In this document: positions 29,610 through 39,965 of the stretch, piece by piece
Numbering within the stretch: the stretch's first letter is position 1
Layout: every line of letters begins with the position of its first letter
Source: Sedimentisphaerales bacterium
GTDB taxonomy: Bacteria; Planctomycetota; Phycisphaerae; Sedimentisphaerales; SM23-30
Assembly (NCBI GenBank): GCA_963666285.1
Contig: OY762711.1
Direction: 5' to 3' (one strand)
Length of the DNA: 64,000 nt
Translations under genes and position numbers: made by a program
Notes under the pieces: generated by a model
Told to the model about the DNA's origin: nothing
Database searches by the model: none
What the model saw: the letters and a program-made list of their open reading frames with translations, nothing else

Positions 29610-30626
29610 ATGTTAAAAAAAATCAGTATTTCACTATTCGTACTATCAGCTATTATCGTAATGTCAGGATGTCAGAGTACCGGCGAATTATCTGTAGATA
29701 AAGCATTAACCCAAAAGTTGTTAGGCGCCTCAGTCGAAGTACTGGCCAATGGCAAGATGCAAGGTTCGGGAGCATTGGTATCTGCTGATGGCTATGTTCT
29801 GACAGCGGCTCATTATATTTCCAGCTCATCCATAAAACTAGAAGTGTTAACAGCCGGTCAACTCCGCGCCGAAGCCAAGCTTGTGGCGATCGATAAGGGA
29901 GATGATATCGCCCTGCTAAAGATAGAATCAGCAAAAGCTCTACCATACCTGGAAATATCTTCAGAAGAATTACATGCCGGTGACAAGACGTATATAGTTG
30001 GCTCACCGTTATTTAAGCACAGGCTGTTATTAGAAGGCATGATCTCTTCGATCCAACCAAGCTATATCTATCTCGATGACCAAAAATCTTACCTGCATAT
30101 CAACTACATACAAACCATGGCATCCAGAGGTCTTTCCGGTGGATGCTGGACCAACAGCAAAGGTGAGGTAATAGGAGTACAATCGGGCTTTTTGAACGAC
30201 CAAGTATCCGGTACTGACGGTCATGCAAATTCCGGGATAGCGTTTATTGCCGGATTAGACGAAGTGAGAACGCTATTCGAGACCAAAAAACACGTTCCGG
30301 CCACATCCCTGGGCTGTCAGCTGGAAGAGCTATGGACTCAAAACCCCGGATTCCAGGAAAGATTTCCGAGCGGAACAGAGGGAGTTGCGATCTGTGCAAT
30401 TCGTGAGGACGGGCCAATGGCAAAGGCAGAGTTTGTAAAGGATACCATAATAACAGCCATTGACGGAACAAAGGTAAGATACATAAGCGAGATCATGAGC
30501 CTGGTGAGAGCAAAGAAACCAGGAGATAAGATGTCGGTAACTACTTTATTTCCAGATGATAAAGGAAGCGAAACCAAAGAAGTTATATTAGACTGTCAGA
30601 CAGATAACTGGGCAAATAGAAAATAG
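29610..30626 (+). CDS. Trypsin-like (S1C/HtrA) serine protease with PDZ domain, lipoprotein
   Basis: GSG..GYVLTAAH, DIALLK, GLSGG catalytic motifs; C-terminal PDZ (GPMAKA..DTIITAIDG). Confidence 0.88.
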   Translation: MLKKISISLFVLSAIIVMSGCQSTGELSVDKALTQKLLGASVEVLANGKMQGSGALVSADGYVLTAAHYISSSSIKLEVLTAGQLRAEAKLVAIDKGDDIALLKIESAKALPYLEISSEELHAGDKTYIVGSPLFKHRLLLEGMISSIQPSYIYLDDQKSYLHINYIQTMASRGLSGGCWTNSKGEVIGVQSGFLNDQVSGTDGHANSGIAFIAGLDEVRTLFETKKHVPATSLGCQLEELWTQNPGFQERFPSGTEGVAICAIREDGPMAKAEFVKDTIITAIDGTKVRYISEIMSLVRAKKPGDKMSVTTLFPDDKGSETKEVILDCQTDNWANRK

Positions 30627-30675
30627 CGAGAAGCGAGAAGTAAGAGGTTAGGGGAAATGAAAAATGAAAAAACAA

Positions 30676-30712
30676 GGTGTTTGCCTGGCGGCTCACGACT
30701 TGTTTTAAAGCT
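30676..30712 (+). repeat. Short intergenic hairpin repeat (GGTGT family)
   Basis: GGTGTTTGCCTGGCGGCTCACGACTTGTTTTAAAGCT preceded by purine-rich short repeats. Confidence 0.5.
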
Positions 30713-31180
30713 GGTGCGGGAGTAAAGATTGAACTACGGGTGAAAATAATAAGGGGTCATGTGCCAGATGCCAGGGGTCAGGGACAAGAATTTGAGAGTG
30801 GTAAGGGTTCAGGGCTTGCCGCGTGATTGTTAAAGAAAATATATTTGGTTGGCCCATGATTGGTTTATGCTTTATGGCGGGCCATTTCAAAATTGAATTG
30901 TTTTAATCCATTCTGCATAATCGTAATAAAAACCACGATAATATCTCAGATAATATTTAATCTCCATTTCAGCATGGTCATACCAAAATGGCAAAAAATG
31001 GGTGTTCAGCGGCGTCTCGAAACGTTTAACGGCGTGAGCGCGGCGGTGTACGGCGAAGCGTAAACGATTACGGAAGCAAACGGAGAGGGCGCGGCGGGCA
31101 ACGAATTTTGCCCAAAAAGGGTAAAATCGGGCCTGGTAGCACCACTTACGAGTCGTTAATATTTAGAGCAATCCTATTTT

Positions 31181-31226
31181 AAAAAAGAAACATTCCGGCA
31201 AGATTAAATGCATCTCGCCGGAATGT
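31181..31226 (-). terminator. Rho-independent terminator
   Basis: ACATTCCGGC/GCCGGAATGT stem with T tract on the minus strand. Confidence 0.75.
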
Positions 31227-31262
31227 AAGCTTATAAAAAATTAAATTATGGTAATAACAATC

Positions 31263-33515
31263 TTATTCCAGTACGGGATAAATACGGTTACTATTTAACC
31301 AGCTAGCGGCTAAAATGGCAAAGTCACCAATATCAACCTGGCAGTTATTGTCAAGGTCAAGAGTCAGGTCCTGGGTACCTTCGTTATCGCATACCCATCC
31401 GCCATTAACGGCGAGATAATCCTGAGCAATCTGGTCGGTAGTCCTGGCATAATTATAGATCCTGACATCATCTAGTGTGCCGTTCAGGAACTGAGCGGCT
31501 TCACCTGTTTCTACAGATAAATTACTGCAAGCGAGTTTTAACGGTGCATCGACGCCGGTACCATAAGAGAACCCGGTAACAGACGACTGGAGTTCACCGT
31601 CGAGATAGATTCTGGCGTTGCCAGAAGCTTCATCGAAAGTAGCGGTAACATGATGCCACTGCCCTTCGGCAAGGACTGCCATGCCAGCGCCGGTTACACC
31701 ATTCCTGGCAAATGCGAGTCCGCCACCGTCAATATCCTGGCCAATCTGCCACATCATCTCTTCGGCAGTCCATGCGAATCGTCTGTCGATAACGCCCTGC
31801 CAGTCACCGTTAGTGCCGGCATAGTTAATCCAGAATTCAATGGTCAGTCCGGTACCCATATCTTCGACATCGACATCACCGGCAGAGGCGTATTGCCCCC
31901 AGGCACTGTTCGGATCGGTTGAATCGCTATTATTAAACCAAAGAGCACCATCGCCGATCTTGCCGCTGACAAGAGTTGGGAAATCGAGCGAGTTGTCATT
32001 ATCAGCAGGGGCACTGTACAATACCATATCGTAGCCGCTGACAACATCCGGAGTGACATTATCAACAACAACATCCAGAGGATAGTAAACCACCATGCGT
32101 TTAGTCATAAGAAGCCCCGGTTCGCTATTGGCAGGATCAGTTGAAGCATTGTCAACCTGACAATAGTAATTACCTTCATCTTCAAGTTGAACACCAATTA
32201 CAGTTAGCGTATCTGTAGTAGTGCCAGAATAATCATCACCATCAGAAAGAGCGACATCCGGTGAACCAACTTTGAACCACTGGTAAGTTTCGGCATTAAC
32301 GCCAACCACCGAAAGTACGGCATCAGTGCCGGCATCGACGGCAGATTTAGCCGGGCTAACCGGAGAAGCAGACGCCTGCTGAGCGATAGTAGTGAAAGAA
32401 TATACTTTTCCAGAGGTAAGAATTTCACCACCAGAGCCATCCGGTTCGTAAGCATCAACGGTCCAATAATAGGTAGTTGAGTAATCAAGCGTCTCCAAAT
32501 CATATTCCATTAACTCAGTTGCAGCAACATGAGATAATTTCTGATAATTAGAGAGGAACAGATTAGGTTCATCTTCGACACCAAAATACAGATCAACATA
32601 TTCAACATTAGCATCTTCGATAGACCAGCTTAGATCCTGGCCAAGCGGCGCATTAACTTTACCGTCGGCAGGTTCAACCGGTAAGAATTTAGGAGGGACA
32701 ACGCCAGTAACATCTTCCCAAGTCTGACCGACGCGTAGTTCGTCGATGCCGGGCCAAAGGCCGTTGCCACCGGCAAGCTTTAGACGTAAATTATCAAAGT
32801 CAGCACTAACACCGGTTAAGGTCATAGAGCGAGTCCATACCGCAGGATCAATATCATCGATTACCGAGCTAGAGCCGAGATCGTAGTAGATAATATTCAC
32901 ATCCAGGGTATCGCTGACACCGGAATCTGATTTAACAATTTTAACAACCCAGAAAACGGAGTTCCACCAGTTAGCAACGGTATACCTGGTGCCATCATTA
33001 TTAGCATCTGATGCATTGGCATCTATATTTCCGAAGTATGAGGTAAGACCGCGGTTGTACCCGTTACCAATCAACAGTTCCTTCGTACTGTTTTGAAAAC
33101 CGATCTGGGTAGCCACATCATCGCCGCCAGTACGAGTGAAAAAGCTGAGATACCAGGTACCGTCAGCGGTAAGATCGACGTTTGAGCTAAGCGGTCGAGT
33201 GGCGTTAGTAACAGTCCATGAGTTCTGCTGTTCGAGCCAATGCTGAATATCATTAAATGTATCCGGCGAATAGCCATCAGTAATACCGGCTTCAAAATTA
33301 CCGGAAGCACCTCGAGCCAAAAGCTTTGAAATAGAAGTATCCTGGTTCGATGTCCAGGTGCCGGTCAGGCCAATTTCGGTTGTACCATTGGTTCCCGAAT
33401 AGCCGGTAAGATCCTGCCCTTCAGTGGCGTCACCGAAACTTTCATAGACCAGAATATCAGCCTGGACTGCGGCGGTGAATACCGTCATTAATAAAACAAT
33501 TAATAATCTCTTCAT
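31263..33515 (-). CDS. Secreted LamG-like jellyroll + immunoglobulin domain protein with dockerin-like C-terminus
   Basis: Signal peptide; YYWTVD, YQWFK..DEGNYYC Ig domain; WHHVTATFD..IYLDG..LDDVRIYN LamG; DLDNNCQVDIGDFAILAASWL. Confidence 0.85.
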   Translation of the reverse strand: MKRLLIVLLMTVFTAAVQADILVYESFGDATEGQDLTGYSGTNGTTEIGLTGTWTSNQDTSISKLLARGASGNFEAGITDGYSPDTFNDIQHWLEQQNSWTVTNATRPLSSNVDLTADGTWYLSFFTRTGGDDVATQIGFQNSTKELLIGNGYNRGLTSYFGNIDANASDANNDGTRYTVANWWNSVFWVVKIVKSDSGVSDTLDVNIIYYDLGSSSVIDDIDPAVWTRSMTLTGVSADFDNLRLKLAGGNGLWPGIDELRVGQTWEDVTGVVPPKFLPVEPADGKVNAPLGQDLSWSIEDANVEYVDLYFGVEDEPNLFLSNYQKLSHVAATELMEYDLETLDYSTTYYWTVDAYEPDGSGGEILTSGKVYSFTTIAQQASASPVSPAKSAVDAGTDAVLSVVGVNAETYQWFKVGSPDVALSDGDDYSGTTTDTLTVIGVQLEDEGNYYCQVDNASTDPANSEPGLLMTKRMVVYYPLDVVVDNVTPDVVSGYDMVLYSAPADNDNSLDFPTLVSGKIGDGALWFNNSDSTDPNSAWGQYASAGDVDVEDMGTGLTIEFWINYAGTNGDWQGVIDRRFAWTAEEMMWQIGQDIDGGGLAFARNGVTGAGMAVLAEGQWHHVTATFDEASGNARIYLDGELQSSVTGFSYGTGVDAPLKLACSNLSVETGEAAQFLNGTLDDVRIYNYARTTDQIAQDYLAVNGGWVCDNEGTQDLTLDLDNNCQVDIGDFAILAASWLNSNRIYPVLE

Positions 33516-33956
33516 TGCGTGTTACCTCCAAAAGAATGTTCCAACAACCTATATATTACTTAGCAATACAATATCCAAGTAATAACTACCGGCAAAAATT
33601 AACAAATACAAATATGGCTATAAAATCAACTTAAGAAAATATACCATTTTTATACAGACACCACAAAAGGGTGGATCTAATTATGAGATTTATTGTGATC
33701 CAAATGAATTTCAGACTACTGTATTAATGATACAAGATACAGGGGCAGGCAGTCAAGAGTAATTCCCGGCTAATGATTGATTTACTCAGGCCGATAATCA
33801 GCCTGAAAGGTATCAGGCTGCTACATGTGCGCTTATTGAAGTAGAAATGATAATTTATGCACATTTGATAATTGTCATACTTGTGAGTACACTTTATACC
33901 GAGTCTCCGCTAGAGTGGATAATTGCCTGACATTTTATGCCCGGCGCAAGAAAATA

Positions 33957-33982
33957 GGCCCGGAGAGAAATATCTCCGGGCC
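33957..33982 (-). terminator. Stem-loop/terminator
   Basis: GGCCCGGAGA-loop-TCTCCGGGCC perfect 10-bp stem after the 34016-36004 gene. Confidence 0.7.
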
Positions 33983-34015
33983 CACACCTATTCATGTTTG
34001 CAAGATACAAACTAT

Positions 34016-36004
34016 TTATTCGACATCATAGATACGATTGCTGTCGAGCCATCCGCCAGCAAAAGCAGCAAAATCAAGAATGTCAACCAGGCAGTCATCA
34101 TTGAAGTCGAAAGGTATAGCTTCGATTTCATTATTACATACCCAGCCACCCATCGTATCCATATATTCATGAGCAATCTCTACGGTAGTTAACGCATAGT
34201 TATAAATTTTCAGATCGTCAATACTACCATTAAATAACTTATCTGCAGCAAACTGGCTTTCACCAATATAGTTAAGCGCAGGTTTGATATCGATAGGGTC
34301 GATTGTAACAGCATCATTTGTACCCTGTAGTTCGCCATTGACATACAGCTTAGCAGTGTCACCAGAAAGGGTAACAGCAATATAAGTCCATTCGCCAACT
34401 ACGATAGCATCTTCAGAGTTTACGATCTGCTCATCACCACCGTCTTTTATAGCAAAACGAATAACAGAACCATTGTGAGGAGTCAGGAAGAGATATTGAG
34501 TATCATCATTACCAAAATCCCAGACACGGTGCCAGTCAGCAGAGCCGTCCCACTTGACCCAGGAAGATATGGTCATATCATTATAATCAAGAATTCCTGC
34601 AGGGACCTGACCATAAACACCGTTCGGATCGTTTGCAGCAGGATTAGCCAGGCTTAAGCTAGTACCCAGAGCAGGGTCAGCTACATCAGTAGATAATACA
34701 GCAACAGCATCGCCAATACTCACTAAATCCATATCAACACCGTCAACGATATCCGGGGTAGTGGTCTCAGAAATAGATTCCATAGGATAATGATTTACAA
34801 GTCTTTTGTACATAACACGGCAAGCTTCATCCATGTTGTCATCTTCGCCAACTGAATTAATACCTTTGCAATAGTAAGTACCTTCATCTGCAGCTGTAAC
34901 ACTTTTAACTATCAGAGTGTCAGTTTTTGTGCCAGCATAATCATCACCATCAGAAAGAGCCGTGGCGTTGCCAACCTTGTACCAGAAGAATTCTTCTACA
35001 TTAACGTAATGCTGTAGAGTAATTTCAGCATCGGCACCCTCGGCAACAACGATAAGTTCATTAGTAGCAGCACCAAGATTTGGCACCTCCGGAACTGTAG
35101 TAAAGCTCATAACAGAAGTCGAAACAGGAGTTCCACCCTCAGTTTCATAGCCAACAACTCTCCAATAGTAAGTTGTTTCAAACTCAAGGTCAGCAGCAAG
35201 TTCAGTCTCAAGTGTTATAGTTTGTGCACCCATTCCCGGCGCAGTGATCGTTGTAAGCAGGTCGTCCGCATTTGGGTCGCCGGCATCAAAGTAAATCTCG
35301 ATATCATTAGCACCGATAGCTGGATCATAAACAGAGAAAATCAAATCATTCTTATCATCTGCCCTGCTGGTCGGAATCAGCGTATCTTCATTCGCTGGAG
35401 AAGCAGCGTGCAAGAGCACCCTTTCAACAACCACTTCGTCCAGATTCGCAAAGCTTGAACCTGTGCTTTCGAAGAGGATACCAAGTGTACCACCAACTGA
35501 TTCCGGAGTTGCTTCAATCACTCCATCCATTGAATATGCGGTCCAACCGAATGGAAGAGCAGTTGCCACGTATGTACCGATTACATTTTCAGGATCGTCG
35601 TAAAACAAGGTGGCTGTCCATTCACCACTAGAGTCATCCCACCATCTCTGAGCCATAAAACTAATGGCAAATGCATCGCCGGCCTGTATAACATAAGAGC
35701 TAATATTGTAAGCGGCATCGCCAGAGCTCATAAAGGCAGAATTGGTTTCGTGTGGACTCCACCAGGCACCTTCTGCCTCAACTCCAGAGTCGTTCAAAGC
35801 ACCGGCAGGATAGTTTGACCATCCTTCGATTTCTGTGGCATCAGGAGCATCAAAGCCTTTGAACCCAGGTCCGCCGGTAGTAACGGCACCACTATCAAAA
35901 TCCAAGTTCACAAACGAATCAATAACTTCAGTCTGAGCAGATGCCAAACAGGCAAGAGATAATACTATCATTCCAACAAATAACTGTTTAAATTCTTTTA
36001 ACAT
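34016..36004 (-). CDS. Secreted LamG-like jellyroll + immunoglobulin domain protein with dockerin-like C-terminus
   Basis: Same architecture as 31263-33515: YYWRV, DEGTYYC, WTYIAVT..LYVNG..IDDLKIYN, DFNDDCLVDILDFAAFAGGWL. Confidence 0.85.
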   Translation of the reverse strand: MLKEFKQLFVGMIVLSLACLASAQTEVIDSFVNLDFDSGAVTTGGPGFKGFDAPDATEIEGWSNYPAGALNDSGVEAEGAWWSPHETNSAFMSSGDAAYNISSYVIQAGDAFAISFMAQRWWDDSSGEWTATLFYDDPENVIGTYVATALPFGWTAYSMDGVIEATPESVGGTLGILFESTGSSFANLDEVVVERVLLHAASPANEDTLIPTSRADDKNDLIFSVYDPAIGANDIEIYFDAGDPNADDLLTTITAPGMGAQTITLETELAADLEFETTYYWRVVGYETEGGTPVSTSVMSFTTVPEVPNLGAATNELIVVAEGADAEITLQHYVNVEEFFWYKVGNATALSDGDDYAGTKTDTLIVKSVTAADEGTYYCKGINSVGEDDNMDEACRVMYKRLVNHYPMESISETTTPDIVDGVDMDLVSIGDAVAVLSTDVADPALGTSLSLANPAANDPNGVYGQVPAGILDYNDMTISSWVKWDGSADWHRVWDFGNDDTQYLFLTPHNGSVIRFAIKDGGDEQIVNSEDAIVVGEWTYIAVTLSGDTAKLYVNGELQGTNDAVTIDPIDIKPALNYIGESQFAADKLFNGSIDDLKIYNYALTTVEIAHEYMDTMGGWVCNNEIEAIPFDFNDDCLVDILDFAAFAGGWLDSNRIYDVE

Positions 36005-36167
36005 TTAGTTCGTACCTCCAAAATAAATATACATTTTCCAAATCATTTCAGTTCTCAAATCAACAAACAACACATTCTATATTTTCATATAAATCCTCCT
36101 TATAAGTAAGAAATACAATAAAACTCAATTAACACCAGATCCTCTTAATTTAACAATATTCCAATTT

Positions 36168-37838
36168 TTATTTCAATTTCAATATCGGATTACCAAACAA
36201 ACACCAGTCACCGTGTTCGAGGTTTAGTTTACCATCTTCAGGTGCTTTCTTTTCGGTACTAACAGTTGACATCAAGGTCAGGAATCGATCATTGGGATAC
36301 AACGGAACATTGACCTGGAAGAACTGCGCCTTAGCAATGTTTTTCTGGTTATACCGTACCCGGCCATCCACCAGGACAGTGATATCAGCCAGGCCGTAAT
36401 CGGGTCCGGTTTCCGAAATACCGCAGATAGACTTGAAGCAAAGAAAATCGGTACTGTCAGCAACTTTGCGAATAAGTTTCAAATCAAAAGTAATACCCTG
36501 ATTGGTATGCATAAAGATTGCCGGATTTTGCGAGTCACCAAAATATGTATTATTCAAGAACAATCCGGGCCCGCCTCTACTGATGGTTACGGCGGTGCCG
36601 TTAACGATTCTCCCGAAATAATTACTGTTCGTAATCGGGCAGTCAGCATAAATATGTCCGAGACTGGTGATGACCTGTTTGCCATCAGCGGCATTGGGAA
36701 CAAAGACACCATCGATAAGCGGGAAGTCCGGGCATAAATGATAGCCGTTTGAAGCATTAGCAATATCATCGGCATGTTCTGGCAGCAAGATGAAGGCACG
36801 GCCGGTTCCGGGATCGACACCATGTTCAAACTGACCGGTGCCGAACCCGTTGCCTCCTCCAACAATATCAGCAAGATTAACCGCTTTCTCACCTCGCCAA
36901 ATCCTATTATTTTTAGATTCTATATTGCGTGCGAACAACCCGGAATTATAGCAAACATCGCTGACCTGGCCGGTTTCAGCATTGTACCGGCTGGCACTAA
37001 ATTCATAAATAGTTTTAGAATACTTACTCTCGCCGGCATCCATATGGACTTTTCCTTTGACCACATGCATTTCAGACGAGCCATCGGTATCGGCTTGAAT
37101 TCCAAACTCGGTTCCAAGGTCAATGAACCGGCATCCCGGCGTATCTACCCGAAAGCCTATACCTGAAACCGGAACCCTGCTGTATAGCCGTCCGTACTCA
37201 AGAAAGATTCCGGCACGTTCAAACTGGAATTTTGCGGGAGCCTCAATCACAATATCGACACCCGTATCATATTGAATTTCCAGAATTCCATTTTCAATCT
37301 GGTATGGCAGCTGGTTATTAAAAACCCTATCGTTATTTTTCAACTTTTCCGAATCATTATTCCAGACTACATCAACTTGATCCTGAACAGTTGCGACGAA
37401 AACAGAAAGTTCGGGAGGGAAGACATTGGCATAAATAATAAACATAAGCATGAACACCGCAGCGACAGAAATAAGTTTATTATAAATACTGAAGAATCTA
37501 TTTGGCTTTACATTATTACGGTCATCACTACATATCTCACATCCAATAGAATCCTCATTTAAGGTTACAACAGAAGCCGTTTCTTCGAAATGCTTCAATT
37601 CCTGTAAAGTATTGGCGTAAACCCTGGCATCATCGATATCCTGCTTGACAAACTGCATTGATATCTGGTCAGGCACATATAACCTGGAAGCCAGCTCAAT
37701 AAAAGAAGAACAGTAATCCAAGACTTCACGATCAGACCGGATCAGACTATTCAACTGTTCCAGCTGGTCATCGGCAGCGTTGCCTTCTAAAGCGAGAACA
37801 AGAAGTTCGTCAATTAATTGTTTTAATTTATCATCCAT
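36168..37838 (-). CDS. FecR-domain anti-sigma factor with C-terminal NPCBM/NEW2-like domain
   Basis: Single TM (ISVAAVFMLMFIIY), GFRVDTP..DLGTEFGI..HVVKGKV FecR motifs, HTNQGITFDL and GDWCLFGNP. Confidence 0.85.
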   Translation of the reverse strand: MDDKLKQLIDELLVLALEGNAADDQLEQLNSLIRSDREVLDYCSSFIELASRLYVPDQISMQFVKQDIDDARVYANTLQELKHFEETASVVTLNEDSIGCEICSDDRNNVKPNRFFSIYNKLISVAAVFMLMFIIYANVFPPELSVFVATVQDQVDVVWNNDSEKLKNNDRVFNNQLPYQIENGILEIQYDTGVDIVIEAPAKFQFERAGIFLEYGRLYSRVPVSGIGFRVDTPGCRFIDLGTEFGIQADTDGSSEMHVVKGKVHMDAGESKYSKTIYEFSASRYNAETGQVSDVCYNSGLFARNIESKNNRIWRGEKAVNLADIVGGGNGFGTGQFEHGVDPGTGRAFILLPEHADDIANASNGYHLCPDFPLIDGVFVPNAADGKQVITSLGHIYADCPITNSNYFGRIVNGTAVTISRGGPGLFLNNTYFGDSQNPAIFMHTNQGITFDLKLIRKVADSTDFLCFKSICGISETGPDYGLADITVLVDGRVRYNQKNIAKAQFFQVNVPLYPNDRFLTLMSTVSTEKKAPEDGKLNLEHGDWCLFGNPILKLK

Positions 37839-37861
37839 GTATACTTCGTACAGCGTTCACC

Positions 37862-38383
37862 TTAGATATTTTGGATACTGAATTTAACACACTTTAACAG
37901 CCTGGCATGAATACGTGACATTCTTTTATAAGTATTTTGTATTGAAAGCCCGAACCTGTTAGACAAATCTTTTGGTTTAACTTTTTCATAGTACCTAAGC
38001 TTAATAAACTGAACATCGCGATCACTTAATTTACTTATACAATTTCTAACGGCATCGATTTTTTGCTTATAATTATCATTGAATTTTTCAGCATTAGGCG
38101 TTATCAGCTCAATAATATCATCATCAAAAACAACCCGCTCATTCAACCGGCGTTTCATTTTGATATGATTCAGAACCTGATTACGTGCAACGGCTATCCC
38201 CCAGGCTAAAAAGTCTGTACCAGACTCAAATTCATCAAACTTTTGCCACAATACCCTGGTGGTCTCCTGGAGAACATCGTCAGCATCATGATAATTGCAG
38301 AGCTGGCCAAGAATATAACTATATAACCTGGACTGATTCTTAAGAATTAAGTTCAAAAATTCGCTTGTCAGATTTTCATTCAT
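37862..38383 (-). CDS. ECF sigma-70 factor (planctomycete/verrucomicrobial type)
   Basis: QSRLYSYI..DADDVLQET..LWQKFDEF..GTDFLAW; region 4 YKRMSRIHARLLKCV. Confidence 0.92.
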   Translation of the reverse strand: MNENLTSEFLNLILKNQSRLYSYILGQLCNYHDADDVLQETTRVLWQKFDEFESGTDFLAWGIAVARNQVLNHIKMKRRLNERVVFDDDIIELITPNAEKFNDNYKQKIDAVRNCISKLSDRDVQFIKLRYYEKVKPKDLSNRFGLSIQNTYKRMSRIHARLLKCVKFSIQNI

Positions 38384-39164
38384 TAAAATACGATAAAAAA
38401 AATTCAGGCACCCTCTGAAAATTTATTTTGAGCGAGAGGTCGCCTTTAATATATTGACTATATTAACGACAATGAAAAACAGGCATAACCTGATTTTTCC
38501 TGGTCGCTAAGCAAGTAACTATTAATTATAATCATTTATTCCCGGCTCGAACGGGCAAAATCAAACAATTGCGGGCATAACAGGAAGAACAGTGAAAAGC
38601 TGCAAATACGGCTAATACCAAGACTTAAACACAATTAAGAATGGGCAAAGCTAATACCTTGACATATTTCTTTTCAATATACTTACTGTATACCCTTTTG
38701 GTGAATACCAATGATCTTTAATTATCTACACCATGAAAAGTGCAAAAGATAATATAGACAGTTCTCTTATATTACAGGAGTTCCACTCAAACCGAAATCT
38801 GGACAATAATTTTTCAAAAAAAATAAAAAAACAACAAAAGACAGTTTGAATAGAATCAATAAGCTTATGATATTATTATAATCGAAATAGCCTGGGAAAC
38901 ACAATTAATTAACCTGAGCGGACAAGCAATTAGCCTAAGTGATTAGTAATAAACAAGTTAAGGAAAGCTTCGGTGAGGCTATTAAGAAAGGCAGTTTGGT
39001 ACAGGGTATTAGGGAAGGAAGAATACTGGATAGGGACTTACGGCGGGAAGCTGACTAATTCCATTACATAACAAGTTGTCTTTAAGAGACTTACAGTAGC
39101 AACACAAGCCTGGTTGGCCCATTTAGCTAATAATAAGAAAGCTTGTTAACGCAGGCATGAAATA

Positions 39165-39959
39165 TTAGATATTCGCTTTTCTGGATTTGATACCAAGGAA
39201 GAAAGGGACAGATTTTGTGACGGCCATATCGGGATATTTTTCGATGGCGTCATCATCGGCAAGTGGTTCCCAGACCTTTTCGATGTTGAAGCCGTGAGCG
39301 ATGAGGGTATTGAGATATTCACTTATGGTTCGTTTGAAATAGCAGACATCGAACTGACCGTGCCGGTCTTTCATTGAATCGGGGGCATGGCTGAAATACC
39401 ACCGGTCGAAATCGAGTTTGTTTTCGAGTCCGAAATAGTCGCCGATTTTATAACCGGTGCGGCTGCCGCTGTCATTAAGAACGAATCCAAGCGACGAGGT
39501 CATATTGGGGTGAAGGATTGAGAAGGTGAACAAGCCTCCGGGTTTGATAAGCAAAGCAACCTCTCGGACGGCAGCATTGTAATCGGGCAGGTCCATCATT
39601 GCCATAAAGCTGACAGCGGCGTCAAACGGACCGGCGATGTGTTTTGACATTTCAGAAGCAGAGCAGACATGGTAGCTGATGCCAAGCGGCGCTTCGAGTT
39701 CGATTTGTATTGCCGATTCGATAAGTATGTCGCTGATATCAATGCCGGTCATTTGAGCGCCAAGCCGGGCACATAGCCTGGTATTGAATCCTTCGCCACA
39801 GCCGACATCAAGAATTTGCATGTTTGCGATATCGCCGAGCTCATTGAAGAATGCCGGATTGTTGATGTGGCTGCGATAGGTATCGAACCCGCCCTGCACG
39901 CCGGCGATCCATCCGGGCGCGTTGCGGTTCCAGCTATTTTTTATGTCGTTGTCGTTCAT
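39165..39959 (-). CDS. Class I SAM-dependent methyltransferase
   Basis: ILDVGCGEG motif I, GIDIS, FDAAVS, IKPGG..FSILHP. Confidence 0.9.
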   Translation of the reverse strand: MNDNDIKNSWNRNAPGWIAGVQGGFDTYRSHINNPAFFNELGDIANMQILDVGCGEGFNTRLCARLGAQMTGIDISDILIESAIQIELEAPLGISYHVCSASEMSKHIAGPFDAAVSFMAMMDLPDYNAAVREVALLIKPGGLFTFSILHPNMTSSLGFVLNDSGSRTGYKIGDYFGLENKLDFDRWYFSHAPDSMKDRHGQFDVCYFKRTISEYLNTLIAHGFNIEKVWEPLADDDAIEKYPDMAVTKSVPFFLGIKSRKANI

Positions 39960-39965
39960 TGATAG

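Noticed and set aside
38384..39164. 780-bp ORF-free spacer as an RNA gene
   Set aside because: No recognisable structure or motif beyond a short GGTATTAGGGAAGG match to about 62337.
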